A stretch of DNA of 64,000 bases from assembly GCA_964291625.2 (NCBI GenBank), contig OZ220089.1, forward strand, positions 1,376,001 to 1,440,000. Direction: 5' to 3'. A model generated the notes under the pieces. That model was not told the origin of the DNA, did not search any database, and worked only from the letters and a program-made list of their open reading frames with translations. Positions 33,276 through 42,525 of the stretch are shown here, piece after piece. Within the stretch, counting starts at the first letter, position 1. Each line of letters opens with the position of its first letter. This DNA comes from Candidatus Latescibacterota bacterium. Its GTDB lineage: Bacteria; Latescibacterota; UBA2968; UBA8231. The translations under genes and the position numbers were made by a program.

Positions 33276-35317
33276 CCACCTCAGCACGGTTTCCGAGAGC
33301 AGTGCTCTCCGGTCGGCTTGCCGAGGCGCTACAGGGCCGACGGGTGCGCAGCGCCGTTTTCACCACGTTCAACTTCGATCCCGGATTTTTCGAGTTGCAG
33401 GTGCTGCCATTCCTCTTCTCCCAGAGCTTCAGCCAAGTGGACAAGGTGCGGTTGCTTCAGCTTGAGGATGCTCTGCGCGGTGTTGACCACCTGGCGGTCT
33501 ATTACGATCGCGGCGCTCTCTCCCAAGACGCGGAGCCGGCCCGGCTCGACTACCGGCGTATCGATGTCCGCCAAAGGACCGGTGTCTTTCACCCCAAGCT
33601 CGCCTTCGTGCTGGTAGATGAGCCCGAGGACAACCCGAGCGAGACCTCTCAGTCACTGGTGGTGGCCTGCCTCTCAGCGAACCTGAGCCGCGCTGGGTGG
33701 TGGGAAAACCTCGAGTGCGCCCACATCGTGGAAGTCCAGGATCAGGATCGTGCACCCGAGCGGGTTCCGTACCGGCGGGACCTCCTCGCCATTCTGCGTC
33801 GCATCCGTGCCTGTGCAGTAGATGATGATCACCAAGCCCTCGATGCGGTGCATGCCTTCCTCCGCGAACGTGTCTCTTCCGAGCGATACGTAAATGCGAG
33901 CGCAGGAGGACGCTGGCACACACGCCTCTTCGGCGGCGAAGGCAGGTCCGACCTCGCCAACTGGCTGCAAGAGCGCGGTCTCGGTCGCGACGACTGGAAT
34001 CTGGAGGTAATCTCTCCCTACTTCGATGCTCGCGGGGCTGCTCCGCTCAAGCGATTGACGGAGGCACTCAAGGTGCGGGAGACGCGCGTCCATCTGCCGC
34101 GCGATGCGGACGGCTCGCCGCTGGTGACAGTAGACGCATACAGTGCCACGGCCGCCCTCGATGGCGTGCGATGGGCGGAACTGCCAGAGGAGATGACGCG
34201 CCGCTCCGGCAGGGGGTCCGGGGAGCGCCTCACCCCCCGCCGGGTGCACGCGAAAGTGTACCGGCTCTGGCGCGGAGGTGGCGGTGACGTCGTGCTCGTG
34301 GGTTCAGTCAACTGCACGAGTCCGGCGCACAGCCGAGGAGGGGCGGGCAACCTCGAGGCGGCATTCCTGGTCGACATCTCGGACCATCAGGTTCCCAAGC
34401 GCTGGTGGCTTCGGCCCCTCGAGTACGACGCCGAGTGCTTCCCCGAGACCCCGCCGGAAGAAGGCGATGGCCTTGACCAGCCACCGTTCGGCGTCTCCAT
34501 CCGTTACCATTGGGGCGAGCGCGCCCTTGCGGTGCGCGTCGAGAGAGACATAGCGCTGCCGATCGAGGTGATGGATATCTCGGGCCGGCCGCTGTTCACC
34601 ATCCAACACGGAGATGTAGAGCGATGGTTTCTCTGCGATGGAAACGCGGCAACCGCGGTAAGCAAGAGCCTCAAATCGAGCAGCTTCGTGCAAGTGCGTC
34701 ACGGTAACGCTCATTGGCGCGTGCTGGTGCGTGAGGAAGGCATGGCGCACCGCCCTTCCATTCTGAGCGAGCTGAGCCCCGAGGAGATCCTGGAGTACTG
34801 GTCCTTGCTCTCGGCCGAGGAGCGTGCTGCCTTTATCGAGCGTCATGCTGCATTCGACCAGGAGATTGAAGGGATCCCCGCTACCCAAAGGGAATCGCTC
34901 GGGACCGGCGACACCTTGTTCGATCGTTACGCGGGGGTGTACCACGCCTTCGGCTGCCTGCGTCGGACTGTCGAGAAGGCCCTTGAGGACGGCCACCTCG
35001 AGGTGGTGGAAATGAGGTTGCTGGGCGCGAAGTATGACTCTCTGCCCGAGTTGCTCCGGAAGACACTAGAACGCAAGGATGGCGATCCGGTGCTCCGGTA
35101 CGTCACCTTCCTCACCGCAAAGCAGCTTCGGCGCTCCCTCGACAAGCGTCACCGGCAATTCCTTCGCGACCGCAAACTGCTCGTGCGAGAACTCGACAGG
35201 CTGATTGCAGCCGGAGTCAACCGGCGGGACGAGCTGTTTACCCACGACGAGGACCAGACACGAGCCTTCCTCGAATGGTTCGAGCCCGTCTTTCTCAAGG
35301 ACCTGGGACGTCTCTGA
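33272..35317 (+). CDS. Phospholipase D-superfamily nuclease with two HxK motifs
   Basis: FTTFNFD, GVFHPKL...SANLS, ISPYFD and VHAKVY...GSVNCT...NLEA; ATGA overlap with the previous gene. Confidence 0.85.
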   Translation: MTTSARFPRAVLSGRLAEALQGRRVRSAVFTTFNFDPGFFELQVLPFLFSQSFSQVDKVRLLQLEDALRGVDHLAVYYDRGALSQDAEPARLDYRRIDVRQRTGVFHPKLAFVLVDEPEDNPSETSQSLVVACLSANLSRAGWWENLECAHIVEVQDQDRAPERVPYRRDLLAILRRIRACAVDDDHQALDAVHAFLRERVSSERYVNASAGGRWHTRLFGGEGRSDLANWLQERGLGRDDWNLEVISPYFDARGAAPLKRLTEALKVRETRVHLPRDADGSPLVTVDAYSATAALDGVRWAELPEEMTRRSGRGSGERLTPRRVHAKVYRLWRGGGGDVVLVGSVNCTSPAHSRGGAGNLEAAFLVDISDHQVPKRWWLRPLEYDAECFPETPPEEGDGLDQPPFGVSIRYHWGERALAVRVERDIALPIEVMDISGRPLFTIQHGDVERWFLCDGNAATAVSKSLKSSSFVQVRHGNAHWRVLVREEGMAHRPSILSELSPEEILEYWSLLSAEERAAFIERHAAFDQEIEGIPATQRESLGTGDTLFDRYAGVYHAFGCLRRTVEKALEDGHLEVVEMRLLGAKYDSLPELLRKTLERKDGDPVLRYVTFLTAKQLRRSLDKRHRQFLRDRKLLVRELDRLIAAGVNRRDELFTHDEDQTRAFLEWFEPVFLKDLGRL

Positions 35318-38300
35318 TGCGCCCGATCACCCCCAAGTTCCTCGACAAACTGATTGACTTCGCACCATCCGGCGAGGATCGCGACAAGGCCTTCGGCTCC
35401 CAGCAACGCGAAGGAACGGTGGCGGCATTCAACATGCTGGCACAGAACGGTTGCGCGTATCTGGCTGACGAGGTGGGCATGGGCAAGACATACGTCGCCC
35501 TCGGGGTGATGAGCCTCCTGCGTTACTTCGATCCCCATGCACGCATTGTCGTGATCGCGCCAAGAGAGAACATCCAGCGCAAATGGGTGAAGGAGCTACA
35601 CAATTTCGTGGGCCGGAACTGGCGCGTCGTCGGCAACCGAGTGAGATCGCTTCAGGGCAGACCGGTGTGGGAGCCCGTGGTCTGCAACTCGCTCGTCGAG
35701 TTTGCCCGCGAAGCACTGGTCAACCAGGACCGGGATTTCTTCCTGCGCATGACGAGTTTCAGCATCAGGCTGGCGGATTCCGAAGACCGGAGCAAGACCC
35801 GCGACGCCTTGCTCCAGAGCGTCCCCTGGCTCAAACGCCGTGACGTGCCGAATTACAGTCCCGAGGAATTTCGTGACGCCTTCGCCCTTGCCCTGAACCG
35901 CGCGGTGCCGGAGGCCGACTTGGTCATTCTCGACGAAGCCCACAACCTGAAGCATGGGTTCGGCGCCGAGGGCAGCACACGGAACAGGGTCATGGGACTC
36001 GCCTTCGGCCACCCGGAGGGGGAGTCCCTTGGACGACCGTGGTACGTCAAGAGAGCCAAGCGGGTGCTGCTACTCTCGGCCACACCCTTTGAGGACGACT
36101 ACGCCGCCATCCAGCGCCAGCTCGAGGTCTTCGGCTTCGGTAACGCGAAACTCAGAGGGGCAAGTGGTGAAGCCGACGCCAAGGTGACAGACCTCGCCGA
36201 CCCCGATGTCGCGGAGGATCAGAAGCGCCGGATCGCCCAACGCCTTCTCATTCGCCGTGTCTCGGGCCTCAAGATCGCGGGCAGGCTGCATACGAAGAAC
36301 ATGTACCGGCGCGAGTGGCGACGGGGCGGGCTCGAACACCACGACGAGCCAATTGAGATCGATGATCCGAAGCAGCGCCTGATCGTGGCCCTGATGCAGA
36401 AGAAGGTGGCCGAGGTCTTGCAGACTGAGCGGTTCAACAACCATTTCCAGATCGGTATGCTGTCCTCGTTCGAGAGCTTCCTGCAATCTGTGGAGACCGC
36501 GCGCCGTCGGCGGCGGGAGGAGGAGCCAGCCTTCGATGGCGAAGAGCAGCGGCGCGGCTTGAGCGACAGGGAACGCGACGGCATCGACACCGAGGCAATC
36601 GCCGAGGTCGTGCGCTCCTATCGGGAGTCCTTTGAAAGCACCCTGCCTCATCCGAAACTCGATGTGACTGCCAAGGCTCTGTCCAGTGCGTTCGAGACCG
36701 GAGAGAAGACACTCGTATTCGTGCGTCGAGTGGCAACCGTAGAGGAGTTGGCGGCCAAGCTGGACGAGAGATTCGATCGCTGGATCCAGGCACGGATGGA
36801 GGGGCATCTCCCGGAGCTTCACGATGAGATCGGTGAGTTGTTCAATCGCTACGCGAAGGAACGGCTAAGCCGGCCCGACGAAGTCGAAGCCACCGAGGAC
36901 GACGCCGATCTCTCAAGCGAAACAGAGCGCATGGACCGCAGGGACGACCTCGAGGAAGACGACGAGGGAGGGGCGGAGAGCTTCTTCGCCTGGTTCTTCC
37001 GCGGAGACGGTCCGTCCGGCGTGCTCTCTGGGGCCGCGTTTCAGAAGAACCGCCTGTCATCAACCAGTTCCGCGTACGCCACCTTGTTCGAGGACGACTA
37101 CGTGGCAAGCCTCCTCGGGGTCGAAGGAGGTGAGGTGCTCAACTCCCTCGCCCGGGTGACGGGCGAATCTCTGGAGCGTTGCGAAGGACGGTTGCGGACT
37201 CTCGCATTCGGAGTCTTCCACGGACGCAGCCGGCAGCGCGAGGGCTATCCGCGGCTGTACGTGTTCGAGGGTTACCAAGCAGCTGGCCTCGCGCTTCTTC
37301 GGCAGTGTGACGGGAAGATCGCCAAGCAAGCCGGGGTGATGTTGGAAGAGCGGTTCCCGGATTTCCGTCCCACTTCCCTCGAGCCGCCCCCCGGGTTTCC
37401 CGGACCTGGTGTAGGGCTCGGCATCACTACCGTTTTCACCGAACTCCGCAAACGCCCTGCGCTACGGAAGCATCTCTGGCCGGAAGAACACCCCGACGTC
37501 CGCAGAGACCAGAGCAAGTTCCGGACCAAGTTTCGCGACCAAGAGCAGCGCCGCGAGCTCCTGAGCGGCATGAGCCGCCTCGGTGCCCCCTATGTCGATC
37601 TCTATCTGCTGGCGATTCGGCGCATCGGCTCGTTCGCCCTCGGCCAGCGCCGGGAAGCCGAGTCCGCCACTGAACTGGCTTTGGATTTCGTCAACCTCCT
37701 CGATCGCCAGGAGGGTGAACCGGGATTCCACGCCTTCCACGAGCTCTCGCAGGCCGCGGAAGCCTTTGACCAAATCTTGTCCGTCAATTTCCCCGCAGTG
37801 CCGACTTGCCCCCTGCCGGATCTCCGCCGGCTCTACGGCCTCACCCTGCAGAAGCAGGTGCCGGTGGGTCGGATGTCGGGAGGTGTCAATCAGCGCCTAG
37901 TGCGGCAGTTCCGCATGCCCGGCTTCCCCTTGCTGCTGGTTACCACCGACGTGCTGCAGGAAGGCGAGGACCTCCACACCTTCTGCCGGCGGATCGTCCA
38001 CTACGGAATCGCCTGGACACCATCGGCGATGGAGCAGCGCACGGGCCGGGTGGACCGCATCGGGGGTCTGGTGCAGCGCCGCCTCGACGGTTCCCCCGTG
38101 CCTGCTGCGGCCGACGACTTCATCCAGGTCTACTATCCGCACTTGCGCGACACGGTTGAACTCTTGCAGGTGCGCCGCGTGCTCCGCCGCCTCAACAGGT
38201 TCCTGCGCCTGATCCACCGCGGCGACACTGCGGCGGGGGCGGACGGACATGCCATCGACGCGGCCCGTGCACTGCTCGAAGAGGTCGAAGACACGCCGCC

Positions 38301-38850
38301 GATCAAGGGAGAGCTCCAGTCCGCGTTCCCGATTGAGGCCGGTTGGCTCGATGGCGATCTGGGCGCCGACGATGTCACCGTGCCCGACTGGGAGAGCCAG
38401 TACTCTCATCTCGAAACACTCTGGCTAGGGCTTTGCGAGCATCACCGGATCGCCAATCCGACATCCGTCTTCAAGCACCTGCGCCGTGGAGAGTTCCCGG
38501 CTGCCCAAGGCCGGATGCAGCCCTTCACCTTCGGTCTGCGCTCCCAAGTAGCGGGGGACGAGATCCTGATCGAGTGTCAGAGCACGATCGGGTTTGTCGA
38601 CCTGCAGGAAGACGACGTCGTCAATGCACTGATGGACGCCCTCGATGGCACCAGTGGGGTGAAGCTCTGCGTCGATCCGCGCGTCGGCAAGCATCAGGAC
38701 CAGATATACGTCCGGCGTGAGCTGCTGTTCCACCCTGAAGCCACCCGCCTCACGGATGTTCTCGCCATGTTCGAGAACACTCTTCCCCCCGCAGTCCACC
38801 TGCGCGCCTTCCTAGAAGGCACCGGCCTGCTCGGCACGAGCGTTGACTGA
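35317..38850 (+). CDS. SF2 (SNF2/RapA-like) helicase with a C-terminal chaperone-like domain
   Basis: LADEVGMGKT (I), DEAHN (II), LSATP (III), LVFVRRV (IV), TDVLQEGEDLH (V) and EQRTGRVDR (VI); TGATG overlap. Confidence 0.9.
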   Translation: MRPITPKFLDKLIDFAPSGEDRDKAFGSQQREGTVAAFNMLAQNGCAYLADEVGMGKTYVALGVMSLLRYFDPHARIVVIAPRENIQRKWVKELHNFVGRNWRVVGNRVRSLQGRPVWEPVVCNSLVEFAREALVNQDRDFFLRMTSFSIRLADSEDRSKTRDALLQSVPWLKRRDVPNYSPEEFRDAFALALNRAVPEADLVILDEAHNLKHGFGAEGSTRNRVMGLAFGHPEGESLGRPWYVKRAKRVLLLSATPFEDDYAAIQRQLEVFGFGNAKLRGASGEADAKVTDLADPDVAEDQKRRIAQRLLIRRVSGLKIAGRLHTKNMYRREWRRGGLEHHDEPIEIDDPKQRLIVALMQKKVAEVLQTERFNNHFQIGMLSSFESFLQSVETARRRRREEEPAFDGEEQRRGLSDRERDGIDTEAIAEVVRSYRESFESTLPHPKLDVTAKALSSAFETGEKTLVFVRRVATVEELAAKLDERFDRWIQARMEGHLPELHDEIGELFNRYAKERLSRPDEVEATEDDADLSSETERMDRRDDLEEDDEGGAESFFAWFFRGDGPSGVLSGAAFQKNRLSSTSSAYATLFEDDYVASLLGVEGGEVLNSLARVTGESLERCEGRLRTLAFGVFHGRSRQREGYPRLYVFEGYQAAGLALLRQCDGKIAKQAGVMLEERFPDFRPTSLEPPPGFPGPGVGLGITTVFTELRKRPALRKHLWPEEHPDVRRDQSKFRTKFRDQEQRRELLSGMSRLGAPYVDLYLLAIRRIGSFALGQRREAESATELALDFVNLLDRQEGEPGFHAFHELSQAAEAFDQILSVNFPAVPTCPLPDLRRLYGLTLQKQVPVGRMSGGVNQRLVRQFRMPGFPLLLVTTDVLQEGEDLHTFCRRIVHYGIAWTPSAMEQRTGRVDRIGGLVQRRLDGSPVPAAADDFIQVYYPHLRDTVELLQVRRVLRRLNRFLRLIHRGDTAAGADGHAIDAARALLEEVEDTPPIKGELQSAFPIEAGWLDGDLGADDVTVPDWESQYSHLETLWLGLCEHHRIANPTSVFKHLRRGEFPAAQGRMQPFTFGLRSQVAGDEILIECQSTIGFVDLQEDDVVNALMDALDGTSGVKLCVDPRVGKHQDQIYVRRELLFHPEATRLTDVLAMFENTLPPAVHLRAFLEGTGLLGTSVD

Positions 38851-39245
38851 TGGAAGGTCTGCTTCACGGGATTGACGAGCTGATCAAAGAGGAGCGTCTT
38901 CCCTGGACCCGCATCGGCAACCAGGTACGGATCTCGCGCTCGCGAACCGGGCGCTCGCAGGTCGTACGGGTCGCTCGGCGGAGTGACCGCTACGTATTCT
39001 CTTCAGTCATCGCCCGCGTAGCCGCGCTGAATGAAGACCGAAGGGCGCTCGCCTTCCGGCTCTGGCGGCGAAATGCCCTGAAGGCAGTGGTAATGTTCAC
39101 CATTGATCGCCGGGACCGGGTGATCGGTCTGATCGATCAGCCAATCGAGAGCGTGAACCCCAAGGAGATCAAGTTCTACCTCGAGACGCTGGCTCATGAG
39201 TGCGACCGGCTGGAGTACATACTGACCGGAGCGGACATGCGGTGA
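38850..39245 (+). CDS. YbjN / type III secretion chaperone-like small protein
   Basis: 131 aa with a beta-rich start, helix LAFRLWRRN, strands VMFTID/VIGLID and terminal helix LAHECDRLEYILTGAD; TGATG overlap with the helicase. Confidence 0.62.
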   Translation: MEGLLHGIDELIKEERLPWTRIGNQVRISRSRTGRSQVVRVARRSDRYVFSSVIARVAALNEDRRALAFRLWRRNALKAVVMFTIDRRDRVIGLIDQPIESVNPKEIKFYLETLAHECDRLEYILTGADMR

Positions 39246-41395
39246 CGCGCACCGAAACCACTCGTGGCGCGACGCGAAGTCTCGACGCCGGAAACCCACC
39301 CCTTCACGACCCACACCTCCAGGCCGCCCTCGAAGCCGTCCAGGCCGGCGACCCCGAGGCCCTCCGCCCCCTGCTGGAGACCCACCCCTCCATCGTAAAC
39401 ACTCCCCTGCCGCACGACGGCCGCACCCGGCGACCCATGCCGACGCTGCTGCACCGGGCCATCCTCGCCTGGATCGAAGGGGAGCCGCAGGTGCCCCAGC
39501 TGCTGATCGATCACGGCGCCGACGTGAACAGCACGTCGGGCGGGACCCTGGCGCCGCTGGAGATGGCGGCGGCGTCCCTGCACCCGGGGATCGCCGAGCT
39601 GCTGATCGCCAACGGCGCCGACGTGGAGCTGCACGTCGAGCTGCCGCCGGTGGAGGTGGCCGTCCGCTACCAGAGGAGGCAGATCTTCAAGTTCCTGATC
39701 GCGGCGGGCGCGCGGTACGACATCTCCCATACCCTGCGCCTGGGCATGATGGCGGAGACCCGGGCCCTGCTCGCGGCCGATCCGTCTCTGGCCAACATCG
39801 AGACCGACCACGGGCTGCCGCTGAACCTGGCCGTGGGCCGACCCGGCATCTTCAAGCTGCTGCTGCGCCACGGGGCGGACATCCACGCCGAGGACTCCCT
39901 CGGCCTGACGCCGTTGAAGGCGGCGCGAACCCCGGACAGCGGCAAGGAGGTGCGGGCCCTGCTGGAGATGGGCGTCGAGGACGACATCTACGGCGCCATC
40001 TCGGCCGGCGACGAGGACCGGGTCGAGGCGATCCTGAAGGCCGACCCGGCACAGGCCCACCCGGTGGGCTGCTGGCCGCAACGGGGGCCGGTCCCGCCCG
40101 TCATCTGGGCGGTCTGGTCGGGGTCGACGCGCATCCTCGAGCTGATCCTGGAGCAGGACGTGGCCCTCGACATCCGGCCGAACCCGCTCAGCACCGCCAT
40201 CGGCTACGACTACGACGAGATGGTGCGCATGCTGCTGGACAAGGGGGCCTCGCCCGAGTGCGCGGACCCCTCCGACTGGCCGGGGGCCTCCAGGCTGCGG
40301 CCGTACCGTTTCGTCTTTCCGGCGGATCCTCCCCGGCCCCACGTGCCCCTATACACGGCCCTGCGCGGGGGAACCATCGCCGCCGTGGAAATGCTGCTCG
40401 ACGCCGGGGCGGACCCGAACTGCACCCTGACGGACTGGGCCGGCCTTCAGTGGCCGGCGCTGGCGGGCAATCTGCGGCAGGTGAAGCTCCTGCTCGACCG
40501 GGGCGGCGATCCGTCCAGCCCCTGCGCCGAGAGCGCCCTCCGTTGGGCCGTGCAGCTGTGCCGGCGGCCGATGATCGAGCTGCTCGTCACCCGCGGCGTC
40601 GACATCGACACGGTAGACGCGGACGGCCGGGGTCTGCTGGACATGGTGGGCAAGTCCGACTGGAGGCCGCGCCGCCCGGAGCGGGTCCTGACGACCGCCT
40701 TGCTGGAGGAGCTGATGGGGCTCTTCCACGGGTCCCGGCAGGAGGCGCGACTCCTGCGTCTGCGCGGCGACATCATGGACGCGGTCATCGAGGGCCGGAC
40801 CGGCGACCTGCGCGCCGTGCAGGCGGAGGCGCCCGAGCTCCTGGAGCGGGAGCTGGTGCGGGACGAGCTGTTCCACTGGGCCGCCAGCCGGGGTCACGGC
40901 CACGTGGTCGATCTGCTGGCGGAGCTGGGCGCGCCCATGACGATCAGCGTCGCCGCGGCCCTCGGGCGGGCGGAGCTGGTCGACTCCATGTTGGCGGCGG
41001 ACCCGTCCCTGGTGGAGGGAGACCTGACGCCCGAGGAGATCGACTGGAACAAGCACCTGCCCTGGCCCCAGCACCCGCCCCTCGTCGTCGCCGCCATGAA
41101 CGACCGCACAGAGGTGGCGGCGCTGCTGCTGGACCGCGGCGCCCAGATCGACCGCCAGGTCGGCTGGTACCAGACCACGGCCCTCCACCACGCCGTGAGC
41201 AGCGAGTCCACCAAGACCGTCAAGCTCCTGCTGGACCGGGGCGCCGACGTCAGCATCCGCAGCCGGAACCACCACCTGCCGACGGCCCTGGTGAAGAACT
41301 GGCCGCCCACGGTTTCGCGCCGCGAGATCCGCGACCTGCTCGTCGCCCACGGGGCCAACCCCGAGGAACAGCTCCCTCACAGCGCAGGTGAATGA
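39242..41395 (+). CDS. Large ankyrin-repeat protein B1 (ANK5)
   Basis: Many ankyrin units; near-identical paralog at 44291-46387. Start uncertain (GTG 39242 overlaps the previous stop). Confidence 0.88.
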   Translation: MTRTETTRGATRSLDAGNPPLHDPHLQAALEAVQAGDPEALRPLLETHPSIVNTPLPHDGRTRRPMPTLLHRAILAWIEGEPQVPQLLIDHGADVNSTSGGTLAPLEMAAASLHPGIAELLIANGADVELHVELPPVEVAVRYQRRQIFKFLIAAGARYDISHTLRLGMMAETRALLAADPSLANIETDHGLPLNLAVGRPGIFKLLLRHGADIHAEDSLGLTPLKAARTPDSGKEVRALLEMGVEDDIYGAISAGDEDRVEAILKADPAQAHPVGCWPQRGPVPPVIWAVWSGSTRILELILEQDVALDIRPNPLSTAIGYDYDEMVRMLLDKGASPECADPSDWPGASRLRPYRFVFPADPPRPHVPLYTALRGGTIAAVEMLLDAGADPNCTLTDWAGLQWPALAGNLRQVKLLLDRGGDPSSPCAESALRWAVQLCRRPMIELLVTRGVDIDTVDADGRGLLDMVGKSDWRPRRPERVLTTALLEELMGLFHGSRQEARLLRLRGDIMDAVIEGRTGDLRAVQAEAPELLERELVRDELFHWAASRGHGHVVDLLAELGAPMTISVAAALGRAELVDSMLAADPSLVEGDLTPEEIDWNKHLPWPQHPPLVVAAMNDRTEVAALLLDRGAQIDRQVGWYQTTALHHAVSSESTKTVKLLLDRGADVSIRSRNHHLPTALVKNWPPTVSRREIRDLLVAHGANPEEQLPHSAGE

Positions 41396-41414
41396 CACCC
41401 AGGGAGAGGATCGC

Positions 41415-42503
41415 ATGGATCGCAGGGAGACCGCCGCCTTCTGGAGACAGGCCTGGATGTCGGAACACGAACGCCCGCTGACGCCGGCTGAGGAGGAGTT
41501 CGTGGACGCATCCGTTCGCCTCACCTCCGACCGCTGGAGCGGCGAGTGCGACGTGGAGCGCATGACGGCCCTCGTCGAGCGCCTTCCCTCGCTGCTCGAG
41601 ACGATCGGACCCGCGGTGCTCAACATCGCCGCGTACCGGGGCGGCTGCGCCCCGGCCCTGGAGCTCCTGCTCGACCGGGGGCTGGTGTTCTCGGTGGCCG
41701 AGCACCGCGCGAAAGGCGGCAAGGCGTCCGAGTACGACATCGTCCACGAGGCCGCCTGGGCGGTCTCCACCGACAACTTGCGCATCCTCCTCGAGCGCGG
41801 CATGGCCGACCCCAGGAGCACCTCGAACCCGCACACCGGCTGGCCCGACAACGTCTCCCTCCTCTACTGGGCGGCCGTCCAGGGGGGAGACGATGGGGAC
41901 GGCGAGGCCCTCACCCGACTGCTGCTGGAGCACGGCGCCGACCCCGAGGTCAAGTTCAAGGGCAACGGCGAGCGCGGGTGCACCGCCCTGCAGGAGGCCT
42001 GCGTCCACGGACTGGGCAGCCGCGACGGGATCGTCCAGGCCCTGATCGACCACGGCGCCCACTACGACGCCTTCTCCGCCAGCGCCCGGGACGACCTCGA
42101 CCGCCTGCGCCAGTGCGCGCGGGAAGAGCCCGAAGTGGCGCGCTCCCTGGGAGAGGCGGAGATGACCCCCCTCCACTGGGCATCCCGCGCCGGCGCGCTG
42201 CGCTGCGCCAGGTGGCTGCTGAACCACGGAGCGGATGTGGACGCTCAGACCGCGGCGGGGCGGACCCCCCTGCACATGGCCGACGGCCCCGAGATGCTGT
42301 GGCTGCTGGCCGGGAAGGTCGCGAACCTGAACCCCCAGGACCGCAAGGGCCGCACGCCGCTGCACCAGGCGATGTATGGGGGTGACCTTGAGAAGGCGGA
42401 GATCCTGATCGTGCTCGGCGCCGACGTGCGCATCCCCAACCGGCAGGGGAAGACACCGCTGGAGGTGGCGCGCAAGGAGTGCCTGTTCTTCAAGCGGGGG
42501 TGA
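41415..42503 (+). CDS. Ankyrin-repeat protein A2 (ANK6)
   Basis: Same MDRRETAAFWRQAWMSEHER start and CLFFKRG end as A1; GGAGAGG RBS. Confidence 0.9.
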   Translation: MDRRETAAFWRQAWMSEHERPLTPAEEEFVDASVRLTSDRWSGECDVERMTALVERLPSLLETIGPAVLNIAAYRGGCAPALELLLDRGLVFSVAEHRAKGGKASEYDIVHEAAWAVSTDNLRILLERGMADPRSTSNPHTGWPDNVSLLYWAAVQGGDDGDGEALTRLLLEHGADPEVKFKGNGERGCTALQEACVHGLGSRDGIVQALIDHGAHYDAFSASARDDLDRLRQCAREEPEVARSLGEAEMTPLHWASRAGALRCARWLLNHGADVDAQTAAGRTPLHMADGPEMLWLLAGKVANLNPQDRKGRTPLHQAMYGGDLEKAEILIVLGADVRIPNRQGKTPLEVARKECLFFKRG

Positions 42504-42525
42504 CCCGCGGCGTCCATCAGTTCTC

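Noticed and set aside
31995-39245. Calling the PLD-helicase operon DISARM or a restriction-modification system
   Set aside because: No methyltransferase or DUF1998 gene is present, and the PLD is a large two-motif protein rather than a small DrmC.
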